Shown in pieces: positions 14,570 through 29,500 of a stretch of 64,000 nucleotides of DNA. The stretch comes from the human T2T-CHM13v2.0 reference genome, Homo sapiens. Numbering within the stretch: position 1 is the first letter of the stretch; each line of letters begins with the position of its first letter. Both the position numbers and the translations under genes were made by a program. Below the pieces are notes generated by a model. It was not told where the DNA came from. It searched no databases and worked only from the letters and a program-made list of their open reading frames with translations. The stretch is from assembly GCF_009914755.1 (NCBI RefSeq), contig NC_060935.1; one strand, given 5' to 3'.

Positions 14570-17500
14570 TTCTAGTCATTCTATTAAATATTTTCAGTTG
14601 CAAGTACTAAAATATGATGTGTTGTTGCCTACTGTAGCATTTATTGATTCCCTACTTCATGCCACCCTATAAAGTACATATTTTCTCTCTAACACTCTCA
14701 ATAAAATTCAGAAGCTAAGTAGGTAGTACCATCCATTTTCTTTTGTACAAATAAGAAAACTAATCCCTTTCACCTTTATTATTCAGTCTTTTTTAAAATA
14801 ATATTTTTTATTCAAAAAGCAATGCATAACGCATCGTTTTTAAAAGTCCTACAGTACGAACTATGCAGCACAAAATTTAAAAATCAGCCCCACCCTAAAC
14901 CATTCATTTCCTACTGCACAGTCAACCTCTGTTAACAGTTTACTAAATATCCTTCCAGTAATTTTCTAGGTATATATAATTTACTACACAAATTGATGCA
15001 CAGAATACTCTCCTCAGTTTTTCTCTGACATTTTTAATAGTTCCAGAGATGTTAATCATCATTAAACCAACCAATCATTCAGGTAATACAGAGATGCTGG
15101 GCTAAAAGTCTCTAAATCAGTGACCCCATTTCTCCCACCACAGTGCAGAGTAAGTGAGAATTAAGTTTATGTCCTCGGAGGCATTTTCATTTAACACTCA
15201 ACTTGTCTCATTTCTTTATCGAGATAAGAAAATGCTACAAAAATGGGACTAAATTTACCACCCCAAAATGTTATGAAATCAGCATTCTAAGTTATAGAAG
15301 TTCTTTTGATTTACCTAAACACATTTCACTCTCAGATTCATATTATTCTGATGTTACCCTGTCATCTCTCATTCCACTATGAGTCATAATCCAATCTATA
15401 GGTGTGTATTAATGTATGGATGTATAGATGTAGATATAGATGTTAATGGCTGTCTTCAGTTCTGGGTTTGTACATTAATACTGAAACAAAAATTGTTTGT
15501 ATTCAAAGAATACTAGCTACTTTAATAGAGAAAGGTTCCCCCTCAGCCTAAATCTAACACACATCATTTAAGCTCCAGTATGTTTTCACTAATTCCACAC
15601 AGGGCGATTACAGATGTCCTGCTAGCCACCATTTCCTGGTAAGCAATCTGAATGGCTTCCAGGAAATTGCTAATGACCTTCATTTTACTTAAAATCTAGG
15701 CTTCAATTAGTAATAGTTTTTCTTCTCCATGTTAGCTATGTTTATTTTCATCATAGCAATTGGAAGAAAAAAGTAAAATGTCTTGTATTTGTATTATATC
15801 AAAACATATCCTTTTTTGTTTCAATATGTCACCAAATAGACTAATACATATTTAATATAATCATAATTGTGTAAGAATACTTTGGATCATTTTACTTTAA
15901 ACCAATTTTGCCTCCTTTCCCTACTCTAGGCTGTAGCTATTCCTAAAATTAGCCTTTTAAAAACAAAATCAATAGAAATATTTTATAATTGGTGACTATT
16001 TTCACATATAAGAACATTTTATAATTGAAAATTTTGAAACCAGGTATGATTTTTAGTTTTACACTTTTAATTATAATAATTAACTACAAACAATAAGTTT
16101 CAGATTCTTTTTCAGTGAATATAAAATATGATTATGTGGTCAATGTAACAATAACAAAGAACAATTTTAGCCAGTATTATATTTATAATCAGAACCTGTT
16201 ATTAAACTTCAGTGTTTTCTTTTACATAAACATTGATTTCACTAATTAGATTCAACTGATCTTTTCCCCAACATATTGATTTCTTTTAATCCCAACAGTT
16301 AACAATGATTCTAATGTATCATAATACTTTAGACCTTAATCATATGGTAGGAATTCTTTCCAGTAGCTTTTGTTTGAGTTTTAATTAAGAAGACCTTGTG
16401 TCTCTAACCCCAAGTGGGGGGAGGTTTTAATTGCTTTTATGTATATCACACAGACTTCAAAAGAAGTAAAAGATGTTGATAACAGAGAGTACAAAGGAGA
16501 GCTTTGAAATGTCTACATTCATGCAAAGTGGTATAATTAAAAAAAACTATGGGTGTTGCTGTATAATGTATATACATATTTATAAAACTAGCTGCTGTAT
16601 GCATTTGTTGTTAGCAAAAAGAGTCCATGGGTTCTGCAATAATTACTCACTATTGATAACAAAACAATCAAGAGACTATGTAAAATGGACTAAACATGCT
16701 ATTTTGGGGGAATATTAAGTTTCCACCTTAGTAATTTACTATATGATTTAGAGCAGTGACTTTTCTCTTCTGGATATTGAGATCCTTATATGAAAAGTAA
16801 GAAGTTGGATTACACAAAACACAAAGCACCTCCAGCTCTAACTTTTGGAGATTCTATGATTCTAGATATTACTCTGAAGTTCTACAATTACACAGACATA
16901 CACAGAAAATACTGGCAAACATTATTTCATTAAAACTGGAAAAGGAAAAACATCTGTTGTGTCAATCTTTTTTACAAGTCAGTCTCTAGATCAATATAGC
17001 ATTTGTTTAATTATTATAGAAATAACAATTTATATTTTAAAAAATCTATAAAATCTGAACATTGATAGTTACTGTTTTGATACTTTTTTCTAAAGAGACA
17101 GCAAAAATCCCTAGGTATGTGAACTTTGCTATTAAAAATTTTATCAGAGTTGAAAAGTGGCAGATGATTAATCTCTAAGCATTTCTAGTTTTTTTTAAGT
17201 TCCACCAGATATAACAATTGCTGTAAATTTGTAAGTAGAAATTCAATAAAAATTCATTCATAAGCAAATATGCAAAGTTTACAGCCATAGCTCTTGTAAA
17301 ACCACTCTAGTCCTTCTGTGATTGCCTAAAACAGAAAAAAGTAGTAACTATGAATTGCTATTCAAAAAAAAAAAAAAACAGAGTATTCTGTAGAAAAGGC
17401 AATGCATGGAATAAGCAATCAAAGTACTTACATATACTTTAGGGCCTTATGATAGAAATGAACAAACTAGGAGAGAGAACTGGATTTTAAGATAGTAACC

Positions 17501-18849
17501 TGTGTTGCAGAACACTAATTCTATGGGAATGCTGTTAGATCCATCCTGACCCTTTGGTGATAACAGCACTGCTTAAGTTACTTCAAGAATAACCTACACT
17601 ATTTGATCTTCAAAGATCTATCATGCAGTGAAAAAAACCATGACTTTTGTGTTTCTGTGCACTCCTCCGAAGATTTATGCTTGCAATCAAAACTAAAAAT
17701 GAAACCAGGCCCTCAGTGGCACTTAGTAGCAGTGTTGTAATAAATTTGCATTTTAATTCAGTATTTGCACCAAACCCAACCATAATATGCTTGTACTATT
17801 TGATGTATGCAGTTCCTAATTTTACTTCTTTTAGTAAAACCCTAATAAAGTAACAGGGAGTAATGCTTCCAGTCTTTAACAGTGAACTATAATGATAGTA
17901 TTTAGGTTCTATAACCAAACTTTTCAGACATATTAGTTGAGTAACTGTAATAAGTAACAGTTTTCAACAGTGCCTTTGAAAAACATTGGGAATCATTTGT
18001 AGAATTTTCCATCAAAAAGTATCTGTTTAGTCAATTTTTTTTTCTGTCAGAAGAGACTGTTATTTTTCTAAGCTAAAGAAGAGTATACCTACAAGAACAT
18101 CTACCTTGATCCCTAAATGTAAATATTGAAATAATTAATCGTAAATGACCAAGGAAAGAAAACACGATTTTCCTTATTTGGTTGCTATCACATAATTGTG
18201 TTTTTTTTTTCTCTCTTATCTTCTGTGTGTTTGTCAAACACAAGCACAAACAGTTTGTGCTAACTCAAACAACCAACATTACTGTGTCCCTGGCACATTG
18301 CCCAGGGAGGCACCTTCACACTAAGGAGGAAATGCCAGACACAGCACAGAGGAGCATGTGTGCAAAACAGGCAGGCTGACTAAGATGATCTCAGCCATGA
18401 AGGTTAGACCCACTCAGGGAGACAGAGAATGAATCCTCATGCTCTAGACATCATGTAGTATGTCACCATTGCATTTAGAAATATCTCATAAATAACTATG
18501 GCATCTTCATTCCTTTAGTACAACTCAAACATAGATACAGATGGGTTATGGGCCCTACCAGTAGTTCTGTCTTACCCTGTATCCTTCCACCGTATTTCTT
18601 CACCCCGTCTCTCATTCAGGTAAAGATCAAGATAAATACTACTACATGGAGAACTGTATTATCTATATCACTCCTGGTTTGCCATACTGCCTAATTTACA
18701 TAGAAAAGGGTAAAAGTGGAGTTATTTTAGTTGTTTGTGGGTTGCGGGAGGGAGGAACAGCCCATAATCTATCTTTTTCTTGCTCCCACTGCAGAATTCA
18801 AAGTCTTTAAAGAATAACTACTTTGTATTGTATTAAGCAGAGTATTCAG

Positions 18850-19030
18850 AGACCAAGATTCAAACCCTACTTTCACAACTTTCTGAGCGACCCTGAACAA
18901 GATACCTAATTCCCTCAGTCTCATTTTACTCATATATAAAATCAGTATAATATTTTCCACACTGGATTGTTATATGTCTCAAATAAAATAATGTTAGATG
19001 TTTACTTTGTAAACAATAAGATGTCTTACA
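18850..19030 (+). mobile_element. MIR SINE
   Basis: gaccctgaacaagatacctaattccctcagtctcattttactcatatataaaat. Confidence 0.75.
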
Positions 19031-19281
19031 AAAGTTACTTACCAAATTATTTATTGACAGGAAACAGAACATATTTTGAAAGTCAGTCTTCTAATTAAGA
19101 AAGTATAATAACTGTAGTATTAATTTGAAAGGAACCTTAGGAGATCATGAAGATAACATTCCACCAGCATGGGGATACCCTGTACAACATCTCTGCTTAA
19201 AATTTTCCAGAACCCAATTTTCATTTATTTTATTAATTCATCCTTTAATTCATTGATTCATTCGTTCAACAAATATTTATT

Positions 19282-19449
19282 ATTTCTGAATTTTTAATGT
19301 TTTTTTTTTCAAGACAGGGTCTCACTCTGTTACCCAGACTGGAATGTAGTGGTGCAATCACAGTCTCAACCTCCTGGGGTCAAGCGATCTTCCTGCCTTG
19401 ACCTTCTGAGTAACTGGGACTAAAGGTGCGCCTCACCAGGCCCAACTCA
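19282..19449 (-). mobile_element. Alu right monomer (FRAM-like) inserted into an L2 3' tail
   Basis: A single right arm flanked by an exact 17-bp TSD, TTCAACAAATATTTATT (19265-19281 and 19450-19466). Confidence 0.88.
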
Positions 19450-19774
19450 TTCAACAAATATTTATTGAACATCTACTTATACTTGAGGCACTCTCTACTA
19501 ATGCAGTCCAATCTTATCAATGTCACAGCTATAAGTTCTTAATTTCCATTTTTTATTAAGAACAAGTTCCCTATTACCTTAACCCCCTAAAACAGCAGAA
19601 AACACATATTATCCTCTTCTATCCAATAAAACTTCAAGTCAAATAATATGTATTAGGCCAAACTTCCCTAGGTCTTTAATTACTATTCACACTAAATGTT
19701 CAGAACTCTTTACTATTCTAGTCATTCTGATAAATACTAATGTAACAATAGATCTCTTAAAAATATGAGACCCA

Positions 19775-20100
<326 letters not shown>

Positions 20101-20343
20101 TCAGATGCACCCAGGCCAAAGTAAAAGTGTAAACATTTTATTCTGTATTTCATTTAAAGTTTTAATAATAAAGTTATTTTGTAATAATTGTAATAATATT
20201 AACTTGGTTTGAATCCTGATTTTAGATGACTACTATTAAATTTATGCCAATTATAGCATTCTATCCTCAGTAATGCTAGAAAGGAGGCTACATATGAAAA
20301 AATGGTAGGGAGTTAAGGAGAGATTTTCTATTTAAGAATATTA

Positions 20344-20655
20344 TGAATGGTGGTTAACAGGGGTAGGAGAGAGAGAGGAATAGGGAGATGTAGGTCAAAG
20401 GGTACAAAGTTGCAGGTATGTAGGATGAATAAGTCTATAGCTCTACTCTACAACATAAAAACTGAAGTTGATAATATTGTGCTGCATGCTGTAAATTTGC
20501 TAGGAGAGTATATTTTAGGTGCTTTTACCACACACACAGAACAAGGTAACTATGTGAGGTGATGCATATGTTAATTTGCTTGACTAGTAATCATTTCACT
20601 GTATGTATGTATATCAAAACTTCATGCTGTCCACCTTACATATAGACAATAAAAA
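20344..20655 (+). mobile_element. 5'-truncated L1MA-type (MA8-like) 3' end with TSD
   Basis: ggtcaaagggtacaaagttgcag...aataaa tail; TSD AAGAATATTA at 20334-20343 and 20656-20665. Confidence 0.88.
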
Positions 20656-21079
20656 AAGAATATTAGGCATGACTCAGGTACATACTCATACAAATTTCTA
20701 TGATTCAGTGTTTCTCAGATTTTAGCAGTCTTCCAACTCCTATCAAGGAGTTTTAGAAACATTGCTTTACGTTAATCAGATATAAAATTTTATGAGAAAC
20801 CACTGGTTTTTTAAGTAAAATCTAAAAGGGAAAATAATAATCTATTATTTCTTAAATATGTAAAAATATTAAGCTCCCTGAGTTGAAGAATCATTGCCCT
20901 TATCCATTCTACTGCTCACACTTGACTCTCCTAGCACCTACCCATCACATAGAATTTTCCAATGGCAGTGATAAAGGCTGAGTTCTCTCCCTTTCCCAGC
21001 TTCATTACACTCTAGGACTCTAAGAGAATATGTGCAGTTAAGAATGATATATAAACACAGATCAGCTAGAAAATAATAT

Positions 21080-23910
21080 AAATGTTGAATATTTAGAAAA
21101 TAATGACAGAGTTCTAAAAGCACAAACTTATGGGATGAATAAAGCTATTTCTAGAAATATATTCATAGCCAAAAGTACCATTATCATTAAATAAAAATTT
21201 GTTAAGTGAAGTATTCAAGTTAAAAGATACCAAAAAACAAACAAAAGAAAAAGCATAAGAATAACAGGAAAGGAGAGATAATAAGGGTAAAAGCAAAATG
21301 AATTAATAGGCATATTGAAAAGCAGCAGAATTGACAAATCCAAAAACTGGATTATTGGGGGAGGTAGAGCAATAAATAGAAAAACCACTAGCAAGTAAAA
21401 TTGAAGAACAAAAAAGAGAAAACAAATATGCAAAATTAAATATGGGATCTATAACAGCAAATAAATGGAAGAACTAAAAATAAAATATGTATATGAAGTC
21501 AATGAGATTTGAAAATCTCATGAGATATACAATTCTGTAAGAGTTTTCTTCTCTTTAAAAATTATTTAGGAAAACTATTTTATGGCAAAACTGACTTAAA
21601 AGAAAAGTAGAAAATGTTAAAAAGAAATCTCCAAAGAAAATTCTAGGCCTAGATGTTTTATGAGAATATTTTTCAGAATTTCAAGGAATAAGTAGTTCAT
21701 GTTATTTATTCAACATTTTACATAACCAAGAAAAAGAGGAAAAGTTTTTCAATTCAACTATGAACACTGCTACTAAAAAATTAACAAAAGTAATATAAAC
21801 ATGGAAAACTCTAATCAATTTATAATTACAGTTGTAAAAATAACTATAACAACTATAATATGAGCAAATAAAATGATGCAGTACATTTAAACAAGACTAT
21901 ACCACGACTAATCAGGGTTTATTTCAATGACAAATTTGAAAAACAAAACCTAATAAGATATTCCATGAAATAAAATGCAAGTTATTTTAATAGACCAAAC
22001 TCCTAGTAGACTAGAACAATATCTTTAAATGAAAAAGGATATTTTAATCAAGTCAATAGAATATTTAATATGAAATATTAAAAACAATTCCATAAATTAA
22101 AAATTACACTGAAATATCTGTATTACTTCTCTATTACTTAATATTATTCTTGGCATTCAAGGCAATGAACGTATGAAGGGTGGGTGGGAGTGGGTAGCAA
22201 AGAGACATATAACTACCAAAAAGGAAGAGAAAACATATCTATTGAAATATGACTACACCTAAAAGTCAATAGAGGCAAGTTACAAAATTAACCAGCAAAA
22301 TTCAATAGCATCCCTAAATATAACAAAAGGAAAATAGAATGAAAAATATCTCATTCACAAGAGTAAGCAAAAATATTAAATACTAAGAAAACATCAAAGG
22401 AAATGTGCAAATGTGCAGAATTATTGAGAGACATAAAATAACTGAATAAATGACTTTGAATGGAGCAATTCAATAGTATAAAGATGTCAGTTCATCCTAC
22501 CCTTTCATATAAATGTAATATAATCTTTTAAAAAATCACTTTGGAATTTTAATTAACAACTTGATAAAATAAATTAAAGATAAACTTTAAAGAAGTATGG
22601 AAGCACCTTAAAGAAAAATTATGAGTGTAGTCTTGCAATACTTACTTTTGAAGGATACTAAAGTTACAGTGATTAATATAGCATAGTACTAATAAAAGTT
22701 TAGATGGAAAAATCAATGGAATAGAACCAAAATCTGATAAATGGTTCCAAATATGTAATCAGAGTGTAATAAAAGATGCCATTTCAAGTCAGAGGAGGTA
22801 AGATGGATTATTTAATAAACAGTATAGATATTTGGTTAACTGCTTGAGAATAAAATTAAGTTATATTTCTAGTTGACATTATTCATCAAAACATATTTAA
22901 GATGTATTATATAGGTAAGTGTTTAAAAATATAGCCAACTAATTGGATGAAAATATAGCAGAATATTGTTCAATTTCAGGATGAAGAAGCCTTTCTAAAC
23001 AAACCCCCTATAGAAAAAAGCATTAAAGAAGGGATGGAAAGATTGACAGCAAAACCAGAAAATAAAGCAAATGACAAAATGCAACATATATCACAAATAA
23101 AGTTTAATACTATTCAAACATATATTAAGAGTTCTTAGAAAACACTGAGAACTGGACAAGTCTTTTAAAGAAAAAATGGGCAACCAACATACATATGCAG
23201 TTCACAAAGGAAGAGATATTTAATTGCAAATTAATGTAGATATAACACCTCATTCTCACTAATAGTCAAAAAACTCATTAAATCAACAATGATATGTTTT
23301 TTCCCCTATAAAAATGGCAAGAAATTTTTAAATTAATAATACTTGTTATTCAGGGCAAGAGAATAAAAACCTGCAGATATTACTGGTGAGAGCACAAAAT
23401 ACTACACTCTTCCTGAAGGGTAACTGGCAATATGAATCAAAAGTCTTTTTAAAAAGAACAAACTCTTTGGCCCAGGAATTTCACTTTCAAGAATATAACC
23501 TAAATAACCACTAATAAGTTGATAAGTCTTAATAAAAATGTTTTCTGTTTTCAAAATAGGTGCTCTTTAAACCAACAAACAATAAAAACAACTTAAATGT
23601 TGAAGAAAAGGCCCAGTTACATTATGAAAACCTCATTTTATGCAATACTTTCTGCCAACAAAAATAATATTTTAGAAGATAACTCAATCTCAGGAAAATT
23701 CATAATATATCATTAAGTGGGGAAAATAGATTACAAAAAAATTATAATGGGATGATTCTAATTTTGTGGGGAAAATTAACATAAGTATGCATAATTTAAA
23801 ATGGAAAGAATATACAATAAGATACAAGTAGAATTAAAAGATAATTTCACTACCTTTTTGTTTTTTTGTATGTTTCTTACAGATAAATACATATGAATTT
23901 TATAATCAGA
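21080..23910 (+). mobile_element. Highly degraded L1ME-type LINE-1 (ORF2 remnant plus 3' end)
   Basis: A-rich, with scattered ORF2-like motifs (ctaggcctagatgtttta, cagggtttatttcaa, gatggattatttaataaa, ttggcccaggaatttcactt). Confidence 0.75.
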
Positions 23911-25439
23911 AAAATATAAGAGCTATCAAAAATACACAATGCTTGAGATATAATATTAAATACTGATAACCCATGATTGTATGTATTCCTCAAAGATATA
24001 ATTTAGGTCACCTTAAAATTTCAGGAAAATGAGAAGTAATTTAGGTGGATAATAACTGGCCTGGTTTCCACCAGAATAAAAATGTATGTTGAGTTTTGGT
24101 AGCAGTTTACTCAAACTATTTCAATACTATTTTAACTGATTTTTTCATTTTTAAATTAATATATTCTTGGTACATTTTCTGTAAAAGATATTAGGATGTA
24201 TGAAGAGATGATAATGGAGAATAAATAAAGATAAATTTAGTAAGAATCTTATATTTTATGCCCATAAGAAACTCAGAATAACACACAAATGAAAGTTCAC
24301 ATATCACAAAGAATCCAGAAAAAAAGGTTAAAGAATTTGAAAAGGCTAATTTTTCATGTGATTCACTTTTGTGATTTATACATTCCAAGTATCCAAGACT
24401 AGCACATTTTTTAAATTTTGAATTCAAAATTAGACTTAAATATAAAGAAAGACGGAAAGGGGGGGAGAAAATATACCCTGAAGTACAAAAACTCCATGTT
24501 GAATTATAACATAATAAAATGTTAGTTTTCACATTACTAAGAGAAAGCAGGACCCTCATCTTTCATGCTGGAAAAAGCTTGCCTTTGTACAAACCATTTC
24601 TGTTCTCACTGTTATAAAAAGGAATGACTTTGGAAAGGGAAGAAAACACAGAATGACGTGCAAAGTAGCAAACACCATGTTATTGCAGCTGGATAGAGAA
24701 TATGTCACTAATGACTTTCTTTGTATCCATCAATAAGTTGAGTTTCTTTTTTTTTCCAAGACAGCAAATGGCCTTTATGGGTACAAAACAGAAGTAGGGG
24801 AACTCAAAATAATATCCAATTTCCACTGGTTTCGATACATAATTAGTTAATGCAATGATTTATTAATTATTTGCTGGGAAAAAAGATGACTTCCTTTTCT
24901 CTTCACTTGAATTGAACATGACATGCCTGAAAACTAGGAAATTTTCTGTAGTAAATTCAAAATAACATTTACATTAGATAATTATTATCAAATTTTCATC
25001 TTAACTCAGATATTATCCATGACCAATAGGAAGATTCACCTAAAGTTGTTGGATAAATTCAGAAAACTAATGTAACTAAGTACCCAAATTGTTAGTGCAA
25101 ATCACAGTGATGACTGTCCGTAAGGATTGACAGAGTTGATGCGTGATCATGAATTTCATTCATAATGCAAAAATAATAATAATACAGCACTTCTTCTCCA
25201 TAAATGAATCAGCAAGAGTTTGGTTAGTAGGCAAAAAGTATAACTCTCAACTGATAAGGTAACTTACTATCTGAATGGATTGGGATAGTCCACTTCTTAA
25301 CATGTCTAAAAATAATAATATCAATCACGTATATTCAAAAGTAAAGATGTTTATTCTCATCTGAGTCAGAGACCACAAAATGCTAAACCTGATGAAATTT
25401 GAGCTTTATCAACATGGGATCGTCTGTGTATATTAATAA

Positions 25440-26010
<571 letters not shown>

Positions 26011-26432
26011 CAGCACATTCTATAAACATTTTTAAAGGTGCTACAGGCAACCCATTTTGATTAGAAGAAATTCAAAATAATTTGGATTCATAAATTAAGC
26101 TATTATTATAATTTTAAGAGGGAAAACTAAGACTATCTTTAGCTTAATTTGCTCATCTTTTAACATAAGGTTTTTATACTTTTTTGTGAAGTAAATTAAT
26201 GAGGCAGCATATCCTATAAGTTATATGTTTATAGACTAATACAAAAAGTGGGGAAATTTTTCAGTTTGTAAACATTGCAAGGAATAAAAGCTCAGAAACC
26301 TATAATATTCACCCTCTCATGTACAATCAAATGTTACATGTAAGATTTACTGTTACAGTACAGAAGATCAGCAAATACATTGTTATACAAAATAACATCA
26401 CATCACTGCATTGACATGTTCGATATATTTTA

Positions 26433-26567
<135 letters not shown>

Positions 26568-29500
26568 TTATTACAAATTTAGAAAGTCAGTTTATGGGGA
26601 AATTCTCATTTAAGAATGCATAAAGCTGTTTTTGTTGCTGTAGCTTGAACCCCAGGATATACAAAATTACATTATTCTATAATGTGTATTATAAAATACC
26701 ACCACAAAGTTTATTTTTACCAGATAATTATTTAAACTATCATCTAAGAGAAAAAAGATAATGCTCAATAATCTGTTTTAGTATTATAATTCTATTAATA
26801 TTCAATCAGCATTTGTCATTTCTTAGACTGATAGTACAGAAAAGAGGGCTCTTTCCTATTAGTTTAACATTAGATACTCCTTTTAATCCAGGCAATATTT
26901 TTTAAGTCCAAGCAAAATGTATGTGCTGTGCAAGAAACAATAACAGATAATCAAGAGAGAAGAGCCCAATCAATCTGTAACCACTTAGTTCTTAAAAAAG
27001 AAATCTAACTTTTATAAAATATCCAATTAGAGCAAAACAAGAAGAAAATGAAATTAAGATGTTCTCTGACCCCTAGTAATAAAACTGCTAAAATTTTTCT
27101 CTTATGTAAAAACTGATACATATTTTTATTAAATAAATACCTATATAAATGCCATTTATTATTTGCCCCACTGTATTTCTAAATAGCATACTAAAATACA
27201 GGGAGTAATTACACTTGTTTTTATCAAGATTCATAAAGACTACAGAAATCCAAACTTTAGAATGTCTTGATAATTACCAAATTTTTCTCAATGAGTTATT
27301 TCTGCTCTCTATGCAAATGGATTTGCAACTGGCGCTACTGCTTACCACTATTTATTTGTATCTTTTAAGCCTCAAATCTTAACAAATAGGTCATGTTTCC
27401 AAAAGGGAATGCAGATTTAAATACTAAATCCTTAGTGCAAAGCATACTCCCATAAAACTTTAACATTCCAAGTGTCAAAATTCTGATAACTTCCTTTTAA
27501 AATTATATTTAAAACAGTTACTCCAATTCTAAATGCCTTTTCTCTCTCGTATCAGCACCTATCTCTTTAGTATTTTCCCTTTCATTTTTTATTTTCTCCA
27601 GCTTCTAAATCCTCCTTGAATTTTTCAGAATGACAGTAAGGTCAAGATGGATCTAAAGGGCTTTAGAAGCTAGATAAGCTTCAGAAAAAGACCATGAGCC
27701 CTGGCTAAGAGATGAGAAGACCACTGCATGGTTAGAAAGTATTGGTGAAAAAACAATTAACATTTGTCTGTGACACTATCAATCAATCAAGGAAGGGATA
27801 GAATCCAGATCAGTGTGTTGTAAAAACGGCTGATGAAGAACAACCATCCGAACTGGCTATCACAGAGCTGAAGTTCTTTCTAAATAGAAGTCAGCTTGAT
27901 TTTATTAAATGAAAGCTCCTTGCCCATTCCCTTACTTCTTCCCTCCCGTTTTCCTTCCTTCCTACCTTCCTTCTTTCTTTATTCCATTATTTCCTATTAT
28001 TTTCTCAGTCTTCAACAAATGATCTACTACTGTGCTTCAAAATTGGATTCTGAGTGATGTTCCAATGGAGCCTACATGCAGATGCATATGTTCGGGTTGC
28101 ATTTAATTGCTTAAATAGCCTCTTACTATTTTTTATTCAAATTCAGAAATGAGATATATATTTTGTTCTATACTTATTTTGTTTTTATGCTAAAGTCATA
28201 AAAATGATAATACTAAGTTAAGAGTTAGGAAGCAATTCTTCAAATCCATGCCTGTCACAGATTGCTTTTTCTCAAATCAGGTTTGAATTTCTGAAAGAGA
28301 TTGATATAACGTTAGAGTATGGATAAGAATAGTCAACAAAAAGTTTTTATTTTAATATCCTACCCAATTCTGTTTTTTTTAGCCTTTCATATGTTATATC
28401 AGTGCACTAAGCTAATAATTACTGATACAATTACAAAAGCATAACTTTTTTAGCTAAAGTTTGAGTTGAGAGCATATAGTATAGTAGTCAAAGATAAAAG
28501 CCCAATTTATTTGTAATAATAACAAATTCAGAGCAAGTCCATATACTAGGATTAAATGCATGTTAGGATGTAAAACAGGCTAAAATATGTCTCTCATTTC
28601 TATAAATAGACCTGAAATCTTTTAGAGCTCCAAGAAAAGAATGCTAAAACTTCATGGGAGAAAAAGAGAGCTATATGAACAACAGGAATACACACTTAAA
28701 CCATGTGGACACAGCTTTATATAAAAGCTACTCATTAATAAAATGGCTAATAACTTCAAAGCGTTTCGCATTCCTATTAGAAAATTAATCCTTACTGCAA
28801 TGCTCAGTTAATCTAGCTATATGAGTTCCCATTTCAGTAGAAGAAATTGAGGGAAAAAATAAAGCAGCCTTTGCATATCTACATTTTCATCCATGAAAAT
28901 ATTTAATAGCAACCACTGATTGCCTTTATCTATAGGACAATGAAAGTTAGTACATACAAGCTTATCAATGTTTAATCTCAGGACTAGGAGATTCCAGGAA
29001 GACTCGAACCTGTAAGAAAGTCTCTTGACAAATGACTGCTTTCTACCCCATTATCTGACTGCCAAACCTCTAGAGGCATACCACAATTGGTGCTAAGCAT
29101 TCTCCACGTAATAATATAAAGTAAGTAGGATGATATTTTTTCTCAGAAGTGAATTGTTACTAAGCACTCTATAAGCAGAAGACACTACTGCTACCACCAA
29201 AAGGTTCCTGATTTGAAATGAGAAAATATGTAATTGATACAAAGTTACAAATAAAATTTATGTTTTCAAATTTCTATCTCAAAACAATATCCAGGTATGG
29301 GTACAAATTAAAAGTAAGGATCCATTCCCTTTGTGCCACATTCCTCAACTACATTAATGGGACATTAGTATTACAGAGGCAATTGATCAGATCAGACTTT
29401 GACCTATTCTGATCAAGCATAAATGCAAAAATCAAAGTGGTAAAAATAAGCAAAGAAGGCCTGTTTGCATTATGTACATGGAAAGAATAAGATCACACTG

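Noticed and set aside
25107-25255. C-box-like GTGATGA suggesting a C/D snoRNA
   Set aside because: It is antisense to the host gene and has no suitably placed D box with a terminal stem.
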